From Alphaproteobacteria bacterium (GTDB taxonomy: Bacteria > Pseudomonadota > Alphaproteobacteria > RS24), in assembly GCA_965662735.1 (NCBI GenBank), contig CBFIIU010000010.1, positions 11,553-75,552 on the forward strand: a stretch of 64,000 nucleotides of DNA. The letters are read 5' to 3'. Below, one piece after another: positions 1-10,557 of this stretch; the stretch's first letter is position 1; every line of letters begins with the position of its first letter. The notes beneath the pieces were generated by a model, which was given only the letters and a program-made list of their open reading frames with translations, searched no databases and was not told where the DNA came from. Both the position numbers and the translations under genes were made by a program.

Positions 1-623
1 GGATCATCATCAAAGCGGATGCCATCCATATATACCGGGATACTGCCGGAAGCGGTGAGGGCTTTCGCAAAATTATCTTCTGTCAGAGGCTGAAGACGAG
101 CGGGATAGTCGTCCTGCGCTTCGAACACGTTGTCAGCAAGGCGCGGATCTACAAACAGCGTTCGTTCATAATCAGCAATATATTGGCGCCGGAGTGTTTT
201 GAAAAAGCCGCTGGCCATTGCCCGTTTTTGTGCGCCGATATTGGTACTATTCAGCCGACCATGGCATCGCACCGCCCCGCAGGCAAAACGATAGGCTGGA
301 TTGGCCAAAATCTCGCGCGCGCCGGCATTATCGGAGCCCAGAAGACCGGTGATTAAGGTGCGTGTCGCCGCAGAAATTTGTTCAGGAGTAATAGCGCCGC
401 GATAGACCTGCGATGTGTAAGCTGTTACCAGCCGATCAATGGCGGTGCCGGGATCGGCTTGTGCGGCGGCGGCGAGCTTAAAGGCGCCAATGGATGTGCC
501 GAAAAGTGTAATGGGTGAGGCGGTTTTGCGCTGGGGAAGCCATCTTGTGAAAATATATCGATCCAGCCCAGAAATGGCCAACCATTTGGCCGATCCGGAG
601 GCACCGAATATGGCGGTGACCAT
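1..623 (-). CDS. patatin-like phospholipase family protein (N-terminal part; gene continues past the left edge)
   Basis: Own translation of the minus strand from ATG (cat at 621-623). The frame is open to position 1, so it is absent from the ORF track: MVTAIFGASGSAKW...ITLFGTSIGAFKLAAAA...TASGSIPVYMDGIRFDDD. A GxSxG nucleophile elbow (GTSIG) after a Gly-rich N-terminus fits patatin-type lipases. Track ORF 439..648(+) is its antisense shadow. Confidence 0.55.
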   Translation of the reverse strand, partial: MVTAIFGASGSAKWLAISGLDRYIFTRWLPQRKTASPITLFGTSIGAFKLAAAAQADPGTAIDRLVTAYTSQVYRGAITPEQISAATRTLITGLLGSDNAGAREILANPAYRFACGAVRCHGRLNSTNIGAQKRAMASGFFKTLRRQYIADYERTLFVDPRLADNVFEAQDDYPARLQPLTEDNFAKALTASGSIPVYMDGIRFDDD

Positions 624-682
624 GTCAGGAGAGAGGCCTTCAGTCTGAATACGGCGCAAGGCGGTTGGCCCCGCGCGAAGCG

Positions 683-1447
683 TTAACAGCGACATTGACG
701 CCGCTCCTGCATGGCGCGATCAAACGCTCTGAACAAGGGCTCAGACACATGGTTCTCACCCGTTTGGTGTTCGGGGTGCCACTGCACGCCGATCGCAAAT
801 GGGTGGTTTGGAACCGATAGAGCTTCAATGATGCCGTCGGGGGCGCGCGCTTCCACATGCAACCCGGCACCCAGCGCATCGACCGCTTGACGATGCAGGC
901 TATTGACCTGCACGGTCGGACTTTGAAGTATTTCGCGAAGGCGTCCCTCATGCGAGAGGGTTATTTCATGGCGCGCCGCATGTCGCGCGTCGAAACAATC
1001 AATCTCGGGCATGCGATGATCAAGACAATTGGCACATTCATGGGCTGCTGCAATCAAGCTCCCACCAAGATGGACATTTAATTCCTGCATGCCGCGACAA
1101 ATTCCGAGCAAGGGTAAATCATTGGCCAAAGCATACTCAATTAAGGCGAAACTGGTGAGGTCTCGGGAGTCCTCATAAGGCTCGTGGGCAGGGGTGCGTT
1201 CCACACCATAATGATGCGGGTCGATATTCGAGCGCCCGCCCGTGAGCAGTAATCCATCCATCAGCGATAGAGCCGGCAGGAGATCTTGTAGGTCTTGATC
1301 AGGTAGAAGATTGGGGATCAAAATAGGGCAGGCGGAGGTGTAGCGCTGGATCGCTTGTAAATAAGGGGTGTTGACCGTGTGGCCGACCCCCGTCTCATGT
1401 TGACGAATGTTACACAGAATTCCAACAATGGGAGAGGGTTTTGTCAT
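683..1447 (-). CDS. class I glutamine amidotransferase-like gamma-glutamyl hydrolase (PuuD / peptidase C26 family)
   Basis: 254-aa ORF with nucleophile elbow LLGICRGMQELNV and His-Glu segment GVQWHPE, typical of gamma-glutamyl-GABA hydrolase-like C26 enzymes. Confidence 0.75.
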   Translation of the reverse strand: MTKPSPIVGILCNIRQHETGVGHTVNTPYLQAIQRYTSACPILIPNLLPDQDLQDLLPALSLMDGLLLTGGRSNIDPHHYGVERTPAHEPYEDSRDLTSFALIEYALANDLPLLGICRGMQELNVHLGGSLIAAAHECANCLDHRMPEIDCFDARHAARHEITLSHEGRLREILQSPTVQVNSLHRQAVDALGAGLHVEARAPDGIIEALSVPNHPFAIGVQWHPEHQTGENHVSEPLFRAFDRAMQERRQCRC

Positions 1448-1548
1448 ATGTGCAGATCATCTAACTGGACAAATTGTGAACGCGTTATACCTTATAACAA
1501 AGTTTGAGCGTTACGCGATACTTACCTACATAGCGGAGTGACAGATAA

Positions 1549-2181
1549 ATGAACAGATCAGTTTTTAGCGTCTTAGTCAGTGCATCATTAAGTTTCGTCA
1601 TATGGTCTGGGAATGTGACCCAGTCGCGCGCGGCAGAGCCAACACCGTCTGCCCCCGTATTTAGCGAGGAGGAAGGCCATAAATTATATCGCAGTGGTCT
1701 ATATCCAGAAGCTATTCAACATTGGGAGAAAGCTGCAGAGTTAGGGGATGCCGGCGCCGCGTTCCGGCTCGGTGAAGAATATTTCGATGCCAAAGTGGTG
1801 GACCGCGATCTTGAGCGCGTGCTCCGATATTGGCAGCAATCCGCCGCAGGACAAGATCCGCGCGGCATTACGGATTTGGCGGGGCTATATGATTATGGCA
1901 ATGGCGTTTCCCCCGACCGACAAAAAGCTGCTGAGCTATATGCAGCCGCCGCGAAAATGGGTTTTCCTGCGGCGATGTTTAATATCGCGGCGATGCTTGA
2001 AGTCGGCGAAGAGGTCGAGAAAGACGTTGTTGAGGCTTATAAATATTATGTTCTCGCTGGGCGCAATGGGTTTGCGCCCTTCACCAAGCCGGCAATTGAA
2101 TCGTTGAAGAAAAATATGTCGTCGGAGCAGGTACAAGAAGGCGATCGTCGTGTGCGTGAGTTCAAGGCCGCGAAGAACTGA
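1549..2181 (+). CDS. secreted Sel1-repeat (SLR/TPR-like) protein
   Basis: 210-aa ORF with an N-terminal signal-like segment (MNRSVFSVLVSASLSFVIWSG). Repeated Sel1-type units: AAELGDAGAAFRLGEEY, AGLYDYGNGVSPDRQKAAELYAAAAKMGFPAAMFNIAAML, EAYKYYVLA. Confidence 0.7.
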   Translation: MNRSVFSVLVSASLSFVIWSGNVTQSRAAEPTPSAPVFSEEEGHKLYRSGLYPEAIQHWEKAAELGDAGAAFRLGEEYFDAKVVDRDLERVLRYWQQSAAGQDPRGITDLAGLYDYGNGVSPDRQKAAELYAAAAKMGFPAAMFNIAAMLEVGEEVEKDVVEAYKYYVLAGRNGFAPFTKPAIESLKKNMSSEQVQEGDRRVREFKAAKN

Positions 2182-2198
2182 TTTAGTTTCGGTGTCTT

Positions 2199-3356
2199 TC
2201 AGGGTTTCAAATACCCCGCGCGCTCAAACCCAGCCAACAGATCGGCTTTGAGGTCGTCAATGTTTTCAAGGCCAATGTGAAGGCGAAGGATTTGTCCTTC
2301 TTTCTGCCAAGGGCTTGCCGTGCGATGTGGCTCGACGGGAAGGACTAAGCTCTCATAACCGCCCCAGCTATACCCCATCGCAAATAACTCCAGGTGATCA
2401 AGCATGTTTGCGAGGGCTTCCTCGGAAATGGGGTCGAGGATCACGCTAAATAATCCGGATGCGCCCGAAAAATCTCGTTGCCATAAAGCGTGATCGGGGT
2501 GGTTGGGACGCGCGGGATATAAAACATCCCGGACAAAGGGAAATGGTGCCAGCCAATCGGCCATCGCCAAGGCGGAGATTTCATGCTGTTTCAAACGGGC
2601 CGATAGGCTGCGCATGCCGCGCAATGCGAGATAACAATCATCGGGCCCTGCGGTTAATCCCAACAGACCATGCGTTCGCTTGACGGTGCTCGCTAATTTT
2701 TCATGCGTGGTCACTGTCCCAAGCAGTGCGTCGGCATGGCCGACAATATATTTTGTTGCGGACTGAATGGAAATATCTGCCCCGAGGGCAAGCGGCTTAC
2801 AAAAATAGGGACTGGCCCAAGTGTTGTCGACAGCAAGAAGAATGTCATGTTGATGGCACTGTTGCGCCAGCGCTGGAATATCTTGAACTTCAAAGGTTAA
2901 AGAACCAGGACTTTCCGCAAAACATAAGCGGGTCGTATCCCGAAGCAGTTGCGTGAAATTATCTGCGGAGGCGCGCGGATCGTAGTAACTGACCTCAATG
3001 TTCATTTTGTTTAACAGCCCATCCGCCAAGTGACGCGTGGGCTCATAGGCTGTGTCGACGATTAAAACATGATCGCCGGCACTTAGCGTTGACAGAAAGG
3101 CGAGTGAAATGGCGCTGACACCGGACGGGCACAGAGCCGTGTAAGCGCCCCCTTCAAGTTCGGTAATCGCATCTTGTAAACTGGAGCTGGTGGGGGTTGC
3201 GCGGCGGCCATAAGTGTAAGGTTTGTGTTTACGCCCTCTTAACTCATCCAGCGTATCATAGATAATCGTTGAGGCACGATAGACAGGGGTATTAACCGCG
3301 CCATAATGCGCCTGATGGTCGCGTCCGAGATGTGATAGTTTAGTTTCGTCTTTCAC
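2199..3356 (-). CDS. metC: cystathionine beta-lyase (Cys/Met-metabolism PLP enzyme)
   Basis: 385-aa ORF with PLP-lysine motif SATKYIVGHAD and overall MetC-like N- and C-termini. GTG start at 3356 is preceded by GGAGAAGGGA. Confidence 0.8.
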   Translation of the reverse strand: MKDETKLSHLGRDHQAHYGAVNTPVYRASTIIYDTLDELRGRKHKPYTYGRRATPTSSSLQDAITELEGGAYTALCPSGVSAISLAFLSTLSAGDHVLIVDTAYEPTRHLADGLLNKMNIEVSYYDPRASADNFTQLLRDTTRLCFAESPGSLTFEVQDIPALAQQCHQHDILLAVDNTWASPYFCKPLALGADISIQSATKYIVGHADALLGTVTTHEKLASTVKRTHGLLGLTAGPDDCYLALRGMRSLSARLKQHEISALAMADWLAPFPFVRDVLYPARPNHPDHALWQRDFSGASGLFSVILDPISEEALANMLDHLELFAMGYSWGGYESLVLPVEPHRTASPWQKEGQILRLHIGLENIDDLKADLLAGFERAGYLKP

Positions 3357-3420
3357 GGCTCTTCCCTTCTCCTGCCAACAGGGTTAGCATGTCGGTCTTC
3401 TCATTCACAAGGAGCATTTT

Positions 3421-4476
3421 ATGATAGGGATTTCGTTTCCAACCTATGAGTTCCAACCTATGCGTTTGTTGAGTGTTTGTGGTGTTATGGTGTTTTTGAT
3501 GGCGCTGGGTTCGCCGCTGCGCGCAGATGAAACACTTTCGCAGGTGAAAGCGCGTGGCTATGTTGTCTGCGGTGTAAGCCAAGGCCTGCCGGGCTTCTCC
3601 AACCCTGATGATAAAGGGAATTGGAGCGGTATTGATGTTGATGTGTGTCGTGCCGTCGCGGCAGCGATTTTTGCAGATGACAGCAAAGTAAAATATTCGC
3701 CCTTATCGAATAAAGAACGATTTGCCGCGCTTCAATCGGGCGAGGTTGATCTTTTGTCGCGCAATACAACCTGGTCGATGCATCGCGATACAGCGCTCGG
3801 CCTCGATTTTACCGGCGTTAACTATTACGACGGGCAGGGGTTTATGGTGCGGCGCGATCTTGGGGTCAGTAGCGTCAACCAACTCGATGGCGCGTCTTTA
3901 TGTGTCAATTTGGGAACCACCACAGAGCTGAATGCCGCCGACTATTTTAAATCGCGCGGCATGAGCTATGAAATCATTACCTTTGAAAAGGCGGATGAGA
4001 CGGTCGCTGCATATAATGCGGGGCGCTGTGATGCCTACACGACAGACCAGTCTGGTCTCTACGCACAGCGACTGAAATTAACAGACCCTAACGCGCATAT
4101 GGTTCTGCCTGAAATTATTTCAAAAGAACCCCTTGGGCCGGTCGTTCGTCAGGGGGACTCGCAATGGGCCGATATTGTTCGTTGGTCGCTTTACGCCATG
4201 ATTGCGGCAGAGGAACTTGGGGTGACCTCGCAAAATATCGATGAAAAAGCCAATCTCGATAATCCAGATATTAAGCGCCTGGTTGGTCTTGATGGCACCT
4301 TTGGCCAAAATTTAAACATTGAACCCCGTTGGGCCTATTACATTGTCAAGCAAGTGGGTAATTATGAAGAGAGCTTCGAGCGCAATGTTGGCGTGCATAC
4401 GCCGCTTGGGATTGCCCGCGGCGTTAATGCCTTATGGACAAAGGGTGGATTGCATTACGCGCCCCCCATTCGGTAG
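3421..4476 (+). CDS. aapJ: general L-amino-acid ABC transporter, periplasmic substrate-binding protein
   Basis: 351-aa ORF. QVKARGYVVCGVSQGLPGF...GIDVDVCRAVAAAIF...LQSGEVDLLSRNTTWS...YYDGQGFMV matches AapJ/BztA as I remember it. AAGGAG lies 6 nt before ATG 3421. A signal peptide follows an unusual 13-aa lead, so the start could instead be ATG 3460. Confidence 0.8.
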   Translation: MIGISFPTYEFQPMRLLSVCGVMVFLMALGSPLRADETLSQVKARGYVVCGVSQGLPGFSNPDDKGNWSGIDVDVCRAVAAAIFADDSKVKYSPLSNKERFAALQSGEVDLLSRNTTWSMHRDTALGLDFTGVNYYDGQGFMVRRDLGVSSVNQLDGASLCVNLGTTTELNAADYFKSRGMSYEIITFEKADETVAAYNAGRCDAYTTDQSGLYAQRLKLTDPNAHMVLPEIISKEPLGPVVRQGDSQWADIVRWSLYAMIAAEELGVTSQNIDEKANLDNPDIKRLVGLDGTFGQNLNIEPRWAYYIVKQVGNYEESFERNVGVHTPLGIARGVNALWTKGGLHYAPPIR

Positions 4477-4488
4477 GCAGTTCTTCGA

Positions 4489-5652
4489 TTGATGATGCGT
4501 ATGCTCACAAATCGGTTTGTTGTCCTCAGCCAGTTCCTTGTGCTGTTTGCTGTTCTATATGCTGTCTATTGGCTGGCATCGAATACGATCCATAATTTGG
4601 CTTCGCAAGGGACGGCTTCGGGCTTCGATTTTCTGGATTATCGCGCAGGCTTTGGCATTAGCCAGACATTGATCGAGTATTCAGAAGATAGCTCCTATGG
4701 GCGTGTGCTGCTCGTCGGCATATTGAATACTTTGTTGGTGGCCTTTATCGGGATATTTTTTGCGTCCGTGTTAGGGGTTTTGCTCGGTGTCGGGCGCCTC
4801 TCTCAAAATATCCTGATCCGGGCGCTCAGCGCCGTCTATGTTGAGCTATTTCGTAACGTCCCCTTACTGTTGCAGATTATGTTTTGGTATTTCGGAGTGT
4901 TGCGAACCTTGCCCGCGCCGAGGGCGGCCATCTCCTTTGATGATAATATTTTCATCAGCAATCGGGGTATTAACTTGCCCTGGCCTGTGGCGGTGGAGGC
5001 CTCTACCATCTATATCACCGTCGCGATTATATTCTTGGTCGGATATATTTTTGCATGGCGGTGGCGGCATCGTCGCCATATTCAAACGGGGCATTATGTG
5101 CGCCTATGGCCATGGGTTATGACCCTTTTCATTGTGGTTTTTGGCGGCTTATATGCGCTATTCGGGGTGCCTTTCACGCTCGACCTACCCGTTCTCGGAG
5201 GTTTCAATTTTAAGGGCGGTGTGACCTTAATTCCCGAATTATTAGCTTTGTGTTTGGCGCTGTCGCTATATACGGCCGCTTTTATTGCCGAAATTGTACG
5301 TGCCGGAATTGTCTCGGTCGATCGTGGGCAGGCAGAGGCGGCCCGCGCGCTCGGCTTGCCGAATGGCTTGACGATGCGACTGATCCTCATCCCCCAAGCC
5401 CTCCGCGTGATAATTCCGCCACTCACCAGCCAATATTTAAATTTGACCAAGAATTCATCGCTGGCAGTGGCCATCGCTTATCCAGATATTGTGTCCGTCT
5501 TTGCGGGCACGACGCTGAATCAAGTGGGCCAAGCTGTCGAAATTATTTTCATCACAATGGTGATTTACTTGAGCTTAAGTTTGCTGACCTCGTTGATCAT
5601 GAATATGTATAATCAGCGCGTGACGGCGCGAGGGGGAAATAATGAGACCTAA
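4489..5652 (+). CDS. aapQ: general L-amino-acid ABC transporter permease
   Basis: 387-aa polytopic ORF with permease EAA-type loop [33 protein letters not shown]. Start is ambiguous (TTG 4489, ATG 4492/4495). Confidence 0.8.
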   Translation: MMMRMLTNRFVVLSQFLVLFAVLYAVYWLASNTIHNLASQGTASGFDFLDYRAGFGISQTLIEYSEDSSYGRVLLVGILNTLLVAFIGIFFASVLGVLLGVGRLSQNILIRALSAVYVELFRNVPLLLQIMFWYFGVLRTLPAPRAAISFDDNIFISNRGINLPWPVAVEASTIYITVAIIFLVGYIFAWRWRHRRHIQTGHYVRLWPWVMTLFIVVFGGLYALFGVPFTLDLPVLGGFNFKGGVTLIPELLALCLALSLYTAAFIAEIVRAGIVSVDRGQAEAARALGLPNGLTMRLILIPQALRVIIPPLTSQYLNLTKNSSLAVAIAYPDIVSVFAGTTLNQVGQAVEIIFITMVIYLSLSLLTSLIMNMYNQRVTARGGNNET

Positions 5653-6724
5653 TCTCATGCATCTTCTGCAGTGGTCGCGTCAGAACTTATTTTCATCCGT
5701 GACGAATTCAGCCCTGACCCTGATCAGCGTTTGGTTGATATGGGTGGTGGGCTCAGCGATTATTGATTGGGCGATTGTCCATGCCACTTTTGTGGGCGAT
5801 GACCGTTCGGCATGCCTGCAACCCGAGCAAGGGGCATGTTGGCCTTTTGTCTCCGCCAAATTTAGCCAGTTCATATATGGCCGCTATCCGGAAATCGAAC
5901 GCTGGCGCGTCGATCTCACTTTCTTTCTCGGCGCTGCGGGCATTTTGCCGCTGTTGATCCCGTCCGCGCCCTTCAAGACCGTCAATATGGTTTACATCAT
6001 TTTTGGGTTCCCGCTCATCGCGACACTCTTATTGTATGGCGGCGTGTTGGGGTTGGTCGAGGTGGAGACCAGCCTGTGGGGCGGCTTAATGGTTACGCTC
6101 CTCGTCGCGACGACTGGCATCGTCTTCTCGCTACCACTTGGTATTCTTCTCGCCTTAGGCCGACGCTCCGAAATGCCGGTGGTGCGGTGGCTGTGTATCG
6201 GTTTCATCGAGTTTTTTAGAGGGGTTCCGCTGATCACTGTGCTGTTTATGGCAAGTGTGATGTTGCCGCTGTTTCTGCCCGAAGGGGTTAATTTTGATAA
6301 GCTGCTGCGATGCTTGATTGGCGTCTCGCTTTTCGCATCTGCCTATATGGCCGAGGTTATTCGGGGCGGCTTGCAGGCCCTCCCAACGGGACAATATGAG
6401 GCTGCGCGCGCGCTCGGTATGGGCTATTGGTCGTCCATGCGTCTGATTATTTTGCCGCAAGCGCTGACGATTGTGATCCCCGGCATTGTCAATACGTTCA
6501 TTGGCTTATTTAAAGACACAACGCTTGTCCTGATTGTTGGGATTTTTGATCTCTTGGGAATTATTCAATTGAACTTTACGGATAGCAGTTGGGCCACCCC
6601 GCAAACCGCTTTGACGGGCTATGTCTTTGCCGGGCTGATCTTCTGGGTGTTTTGTTTTGCGATGTCACGTTATTCCGTCTTCATGGAGAAATTACGATCA
6701 ACAGATATAAGGAGCGCCCGATGA
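5642..6724 (+). CDS. aapM: general L-amino-acid ABC transporter permease
   Basis: 360-aa polytopic ORF with loop [38 protein letters not shown] 5642 overlaps the aapQ end by 11 nt. Confidence 0.8.
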   Translation: MRPNLMHLLQWSRQNLFSSVTNSALTLISVWLIWVVGSAIIDWAIVHATFVGDDRSACLQPEQGACWPFVSAKFSQFIYGRYPEIERWRVDLTFFLGAAGILPLLIPSAPFKTVNMVYIIFGFPLIATLLLYGGVLGLVEVETSLWGGLMVTLLVATTGIVFSLPLGILLALGRRSEMPVVRWLCIGFIEFFRGVPLITVLFMASVMLPLFLPEGVNFDKLLRCLIGVSLFASAYMAEVIRGGLQALPTGQYEAARALGMGYWSSMRLIILPQALTIVIPGIVNTFIGLFKDTTLVLIVGIFDLLGIIQLNFTDSSWATPQTALTGYVFAGLIFWVFCFAMSRYSVFMEKLRSTDIRSAR

Positions 6725-7461
6725 CACAGCTAGCGGTTGAGCTGAAACAGGTCGATAAATGGTATGGAGCGTTTCAGGCACTCAAAAACGTCTCGTTGCA
6801 GGTGTCAAAAAGTGAAAAAATTGTCATTTGCGGGCCGTCCGGTTCGGGCAAGTCGACGCTGATCCGCTGTATTAACCAGCTCGAAAAGCACGAGTCGGGT
6901 CTCATTTTAATTGATGGAACAGAGGTTGGCGGCGATAGCTCAGATGCAGCATTGGCAAAAGGTCGGGTTGGGATGGTTTTCCAGCAGTTCAATTTATTTC
7001 CACATATGACCGTGTTGGAAAACTGTACTTTGGCACCGCAATGGGTTCAAAATCGACCGCGCCATGAGGCAGAACAAACCGCATTTCGGTTTTTGGAGCG
7101 CGTTAAAATCCCCGATCAGGCGCATAAATACCCAAGCCAGTTGTCGGGCGGACAACAGCAACGCGTCGCGATTGCGCGCGCCTTGTGTATGAATCCAGAC
7201 ATTATGTTATTTGACGAGCCAACCTCGGCACTCGATCCCGAGATGATTAAAGAAGTGCTCGATGTCATGGTCGAAGTCGCGGAGGAGGGCATGACGATGT
7301 TATGCGTGACCCATGAAATGGGCTTCGCGCGGCAGGTAGCGGATCGAATTATTTTTATGGATGGCGGCGAAATCGTTGAAGAAAATGAGCCCGAGCAGTT
7401 CTTCTCAAATCCTGAGAATGAACGAACGAAATTATTCTTGAGCCAAATTCTCAAGCATTAG
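6721..7461 (+). CDS. aapP: general L-amino-acid ABC transporter ATP-binding protein
   Basis: The track ORF starts at 6589, inside aapM. I place the start at ATG 6721 (ATGA overlap with the aapM stop): [16 protein letters not shown]. Walker [10 protein letters not shown], signature [15 protein letters not shown], Walker [13 protein letters not shown]. Confidence 0.85.
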   Translation: MTQLAVELKQVDKWYGAFQALKNVSLQVSKSEKIVICGPSGSGKSTLIRCINQLEKHESGLILIDGTEVGGDSSDAALAKGRVGMVFQQFNLFPHMTVLENCTLAPQWVQNRPRHEAEQTAFRFLERVKIPDQAHKYPSQLSGGQQQRVAIARALCMNPDIMLFDEPTSALDPEMIKEVLDVMVEVAEEGMTMLCVTHEMGFARQVADRIIFMDGGEIVEENEPEQFFSNPENERTKLFLSQILKH

Positions 7462-7483
7462 GCCCTCGTCAAGGGCCGCGCAT

Positions 7484-8038
7484 TCAGTTTTGGTAAAATT
7501 GGTTACCACGCAGGATCACCTGTTGTCGATTGCACGCTTCAAAACCATATTTTTGGTAAAATCCCAGCGCATGGGGATGATCAAGCGAGCTGGTTTGGAT
7601 TTTGATATGATCAGCGCCTGCGTGTATGGCGTCGCGCAAGCTCTGGGTGAGCAAAAACCGCCCAAGGCCTTGCCCAATGTAATCGCGAATAAGGCCGATG
7701 AACACAATCTCGATCGTTGGAAAATGAAGGCGGTTAATTTCACTAAATCCGATGGCACGATGACCATCATATAAAACACCGATTTCTGTGCTGGGATGAT
7801 GAATGATTTGCGACAGGTCGCGGTCGGACATATTTTTCCGGTTCACCCAAAACCATTCATCTCCGACATCCGCATAGAGCGCACGGTAGTCAGCGAGGGG
7901 TAAGTGACAGTGGGGCTCGAAATGCAGCTTAGGGTTTGGCTGATCGGGGATGGCACGCCGAGCAACCCGTGGGAAAGGGGCTCGCATTTCTAAAAACGTG
8001 ACAGTGGCCCGAACCTCCATCAGCGCGCTTAGAGCCAA
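7484..8038 (-). CDS. GNAT family N-acetyltransferase
   Basis: 184-aa ORF with acetyl-CoA binding motif IGQGLGRFLLTQSL and C-terminal ALGFYQKYGF. Its start overlaps the stop of the upstream cysteine-synthase-like gene by 10 nt. Confidence 0.7.
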   Translation of the reverse strand: MALSALMEVRATVTFLEMRAPFPRVARRAIPDQPNPKLHFEPHCHLPLADYRALYADVGDEWFWVNRKNMSDRDLSQIIHHPSTEIGVLYDGHRAIGFSEINRLHFPTIEIVFIGLIRDYIGQGLGRFLLTQSLRDAIHAGADHIKIQTSSLDHPHALGFYQKYGFEACNRQQVILRGNQFYQN

Positions 8039-9027
8039 TCAGGGGTTGGGAGACCTTTTTCCCGCAGAAAATCTGGATTAAACAGCTTGCTTTGATACCG
8101 CGTGCCATAATCGCACAGAATGGTTACAATGGTGTGACCAGGGCCCATTTCTTGAGCCAGACGGATGGCGCCGGCAACATTAATGCCGCTCGAGCCGCCA
8201 AGGCACATGCCCTCATGCGTGAGTAAATCAAATACGATCGGCAGCGCTTCTTCATCTGGAATTTGAAAGGCATTATCGATCGGGGCTCCCTCAAGATTGG
8301 CGGTCACGCGTCCCTGTCCAATACCCTCCGTAATCGAGGTGCCCTCAGCTTTCAGTTCGCCATGTTTGATCCAATGATAAATCGAGGCGCCCATAGGGTC
8401 GGCCGCGGCAATTTGAATATTCGGGTTCTTTGACTTCAAAAACAAACCCGTTCCAGCCAATGTTCCCCCTGTACCAACCGCACAGATAAACCCATCCACG
8501 CGTCCATCGGTTTGGTGCCAGATTTCGGGGCCCGTCGTGTCAATATGGGCTTGGCGATTGGCAATATTGTCAAATTGATTAGCCCAAATCGCACCGTTTT
8601 CGGACTCTTTCGCGAGTTTTTCCGCCAATCGACCGGAATATTTTACATAATTATTATCATCTCGATAGGGAACGGCCGGAACCTCAATTAATTCCGCGCC
8701 CATGAGCCGCAACGTATCTTTTTTCTCTTGGCTTTGCGTATCCGGAATAACAATCACCGAACGATATCCTAGAGCATTGGCCACCAAAGCAATGCCGATG
8801 CCCGTATTGCCCGCCGTGCCCTCGACAATTGTTCCACCGGGCTGAAGTGATCCAGCGGCCTCGGCGGCGCGTATAATAGACAAAGCGGCTCGGTCTTTCA
8901 CCGATTGTCCGGGATTCATGAATTCGGCCTTGCCGAGAATCGTACATCCCGTGAGGTCAGAGGCGTGTTTGAGATGGATAAGTGGTGTGTTGCCAATAAC
9001 ATCAATGACACTCGTTGCGTGCTGCAT
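8029..9027 (-). CDS. PLP-dependent cysteine synthase family protein (CysK / CBS catalytic-core-like)
   Basis: The track ORF extends to 9177. I prefer ATG 9027 (GAGGGA 8 nt upstream), giving MQHATSVIDVIGNTPLIHL. PLP-lysine motif GQSVKDRAA, GTAGNTGIG loop, GTGGTLAG phosphate loop. Confidence 0.8.
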   Translation of the reverse strand: MQHATSVIDVIGNTPLIHLKHASDLTGCTILGKAEFMNPGQSVKDRAALSIIRAAEAAGSLQPGGTIVEGTAGNTGIGIALVANALGYRSVIVIPDTQSQEKKDTLRLMGAELIEVPAVPYRDDNNYVKYSGRLAEKLAKESENGAIWANQFDNIANRQAHIDTTGPEIWHQTDGRVDGFICAVGTGGTLAGTGLFLKSKNPNIQIAAADPMGASIYHWIKHGELKAEGTSITEGIGQGRVTANLEGAPIDNAFQIPDEEALPIVFDLLTHEGMCLGGSSGINVAGAIRLAQEMGPGHTIVTILCDYGTRYQSKLFNPDFLREKGLPTPDWL

Positions 9028-9087
9028 CAGTACATCCCTCATATGGGGTAAAAAGTTGTTTGCCCTTTGGCCCAGAAAAATTATATT

Positions 9088-9804
9088 ATGACTATAAATC
9101 ACTTGGTTAGAGAAGAGAAGACAGTCGTGAATTTGCATTCTCCCCCAGAGGCCGTTGTCGAGAGGCTTGTGGCGCAATATGCAACCGGATCATTAGGGTC
9201 GGGAATGAATGTGCTCATGGCGAGCTTACTGACCTATAATTCAGGCTTGCGGCGCGAATATGATAATATGGTCGCTGTGCAGGGCGTGATGTTAGATGAT
9301 ATGGAGCCGGTTGCGCTCTCCAATAGTGCTTTCGATGACGTATTGTCGCGCTTAGACGATGGAGTAGCCAGCCCGAAACTAAATGATAATGGCGCGCTGT
9401 CGTCAGACCAAGGCCTTGTTAATTCTGATTTGCCGCGCGCGCTTCAGACGTTTTTTGATAAAGATCTATCCGAATTGAAATGGCGCTTCTCCTATCCGGG
9501 GGTTCAACACGTGCGGTTGCCGGTGGGGGACGATAATGAAGATGTGCGCCTCCTGAAAATTAAACCGGGGCGGGCCGCTCCTCGGCATACCCATAAAGGG
9601 TTCGAAGCGACACTCGTTTTACGCGGGGCGTTTCGGGATGGGGGTGAATTGTTCGAGCGGGGTGATATTTCGATCGCCAATACGCAGGTAGATCACCGGC
9701 CAATCGCTGAGGGGGCGCAGGACTGTTATTGTCTCGCCGTGACCACCGGTCCTTTGCGTATAACGGATAGTTTGCGTCGCCTCGTTCGTGACTTCTTCGC
9801 TTAA
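9088..9804 (+). CDS. ChrR-like protein: degenerate anti-sigma N-terminal region plus cupin domain
   Basis: LVAQYATGSLGSGMNVLMASLL...MEPVALSNSAFDDVLSRLDD resembles the ChrR N-terminal domain. The C-terminal cupin carries metal-ligand pattern HTHKGFE...H. The only Cys residues are in DCYC near the C-terminus. Start is ambiguous (TTG 9067, ATG 9088 giving MTINH, GTG 9127 after a purine-rich stretch). Confidence 0.65.
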   Translation: MTINHLVREEKTVVNLHSPPEAVVERLVAQYATGSLGSGMNVLMASLLTYNSGLRREYDNMVAVQGVMLDDMEPVALSNSAFDDVLSRLDDGVASPKLNDNGALSSDQGLVNSDLPRALQTFFDKDLSELKWRFSYPGVQHVRLPVGDDNEDVRLLKIKPGRAAPRHTHKGFEATLVLRGAFRDGGELFERGDISIANTQVDHRPIAEGAQDCYCLAVTTGPLRITDSLRRLVRDFFA

Positions 9805-10549
9805 TCAGTCTCGCGTCGTCTGGATCACCGGCGCGAGCTCGGGTATCGGGCTTGCGTTAGCGCATCTTTATGCCAACGAAGGATGGCGCGTTGCCGCTTC
9901 CGCGCGCAATGCGGATCAGTTGAAAGCGCTTGCAAAAGCGCATCCAAATATTCACGCTTTTCCGCTCGACGTCACGAAAAGGCGGGCATCGGTCGAGGCG
10001 GCTTCAGCAATTGAAAAGCGTTTGGGGTCGATCGAGTTAGCGATTTTAAATGCGGGCGTCTACTTGCCAACAGAACTTCCTCAATTTGATGCGCCGCTCT
10101 TCGATCAAAGTTTCTCAGTGAATGTTGGGGGAGTGGTCAATGGCCTCAATGCGGTTTTGCCTGCAATGGTCGAACGTCATAAAGGCCAAATTGCAATCAT
10201 GGCGTCGGTTGCTGGATATAATGGCTTGCCAACATCTGCCGCTTATGGGGCGACGAAGGCAGCACTTTTGAATATGGCTGAGGCGCTTGCCATCGAGCTT
10301 AAAGCCTCGGGGATTGATGTGCACGTGATTACCCCGGGCTTTGTTGAAACCCCAGCCACCGACGTCAATCGATTTGCAATGCCCTTTATTGTTTCTGCGG
10401 ATCATGCGGCACGGTGTATTTTTACGGCCTTGGAGAAACGACAGTTTCGCATCAGCTTCCCGCGCCGGTTCACCTTTTTCCTGCGCTTGATGAGTATAAT
10501 GCCGCGCGGTCTTTATGTTCGTCTCGCGCAATATTTTGCGTCGCGCTAG
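9788..10549 (+). CDS. short-chain dehydrogenase/reductase (SDR)
   Basis: 253-aa ORF with cofactor motif ITGASSGIGLALA and catalytic YGATKAAL. It overlaps the ChrR-like gene end by 17 nt. Confidence 0.85.
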   Translation: MTSSLNQSRVVWITGASSGIGLALAHLYANEGWRVAASARNADQLKALAKAHPNIHAFPLDVTKRRASVEAASAIEKRLGSIELAILNAGVYLPTELPQFDAPLFDQSFSVNVGGVVNGLNAVLPAMVERHKGQIAIMASVAGYNGLPTSAAYGATKAALLNMAEALAIELKASGIDVHVITPGFVETPATDVNRFAMPFIVSADHAARCIFTALEKRQFRISFPRRFTFFLRLMSIMPRGLYVRLAQYFASR

Positions 10550-10557
10550 GGCCGTTC

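Noticed and set aside
439-648. 69-aa + strand ORF at the left edge.
   Set aside because: It overlaps the much longer open minus-strand frame encoding a patatin-like protein with a GxSxG motif. It is the antisense shadow.
6589-6720. N-terminal extensions of longest-ORF calls in the track: aapP 6589, cysK-like 9177, dgt 25354, nagZ 29312, scpA 30312, ssb 46512, tgt 51880, DUF3833 57327, GNAT 63630, pcm-like 16058.
   Set aside because: The extensions overlap upstream genes or lack family-typical N-termini. Internal ATG codons with SD-like sequences or ATGA/TAATG coupling give the canonical N-termini, so I trimmed the starts.
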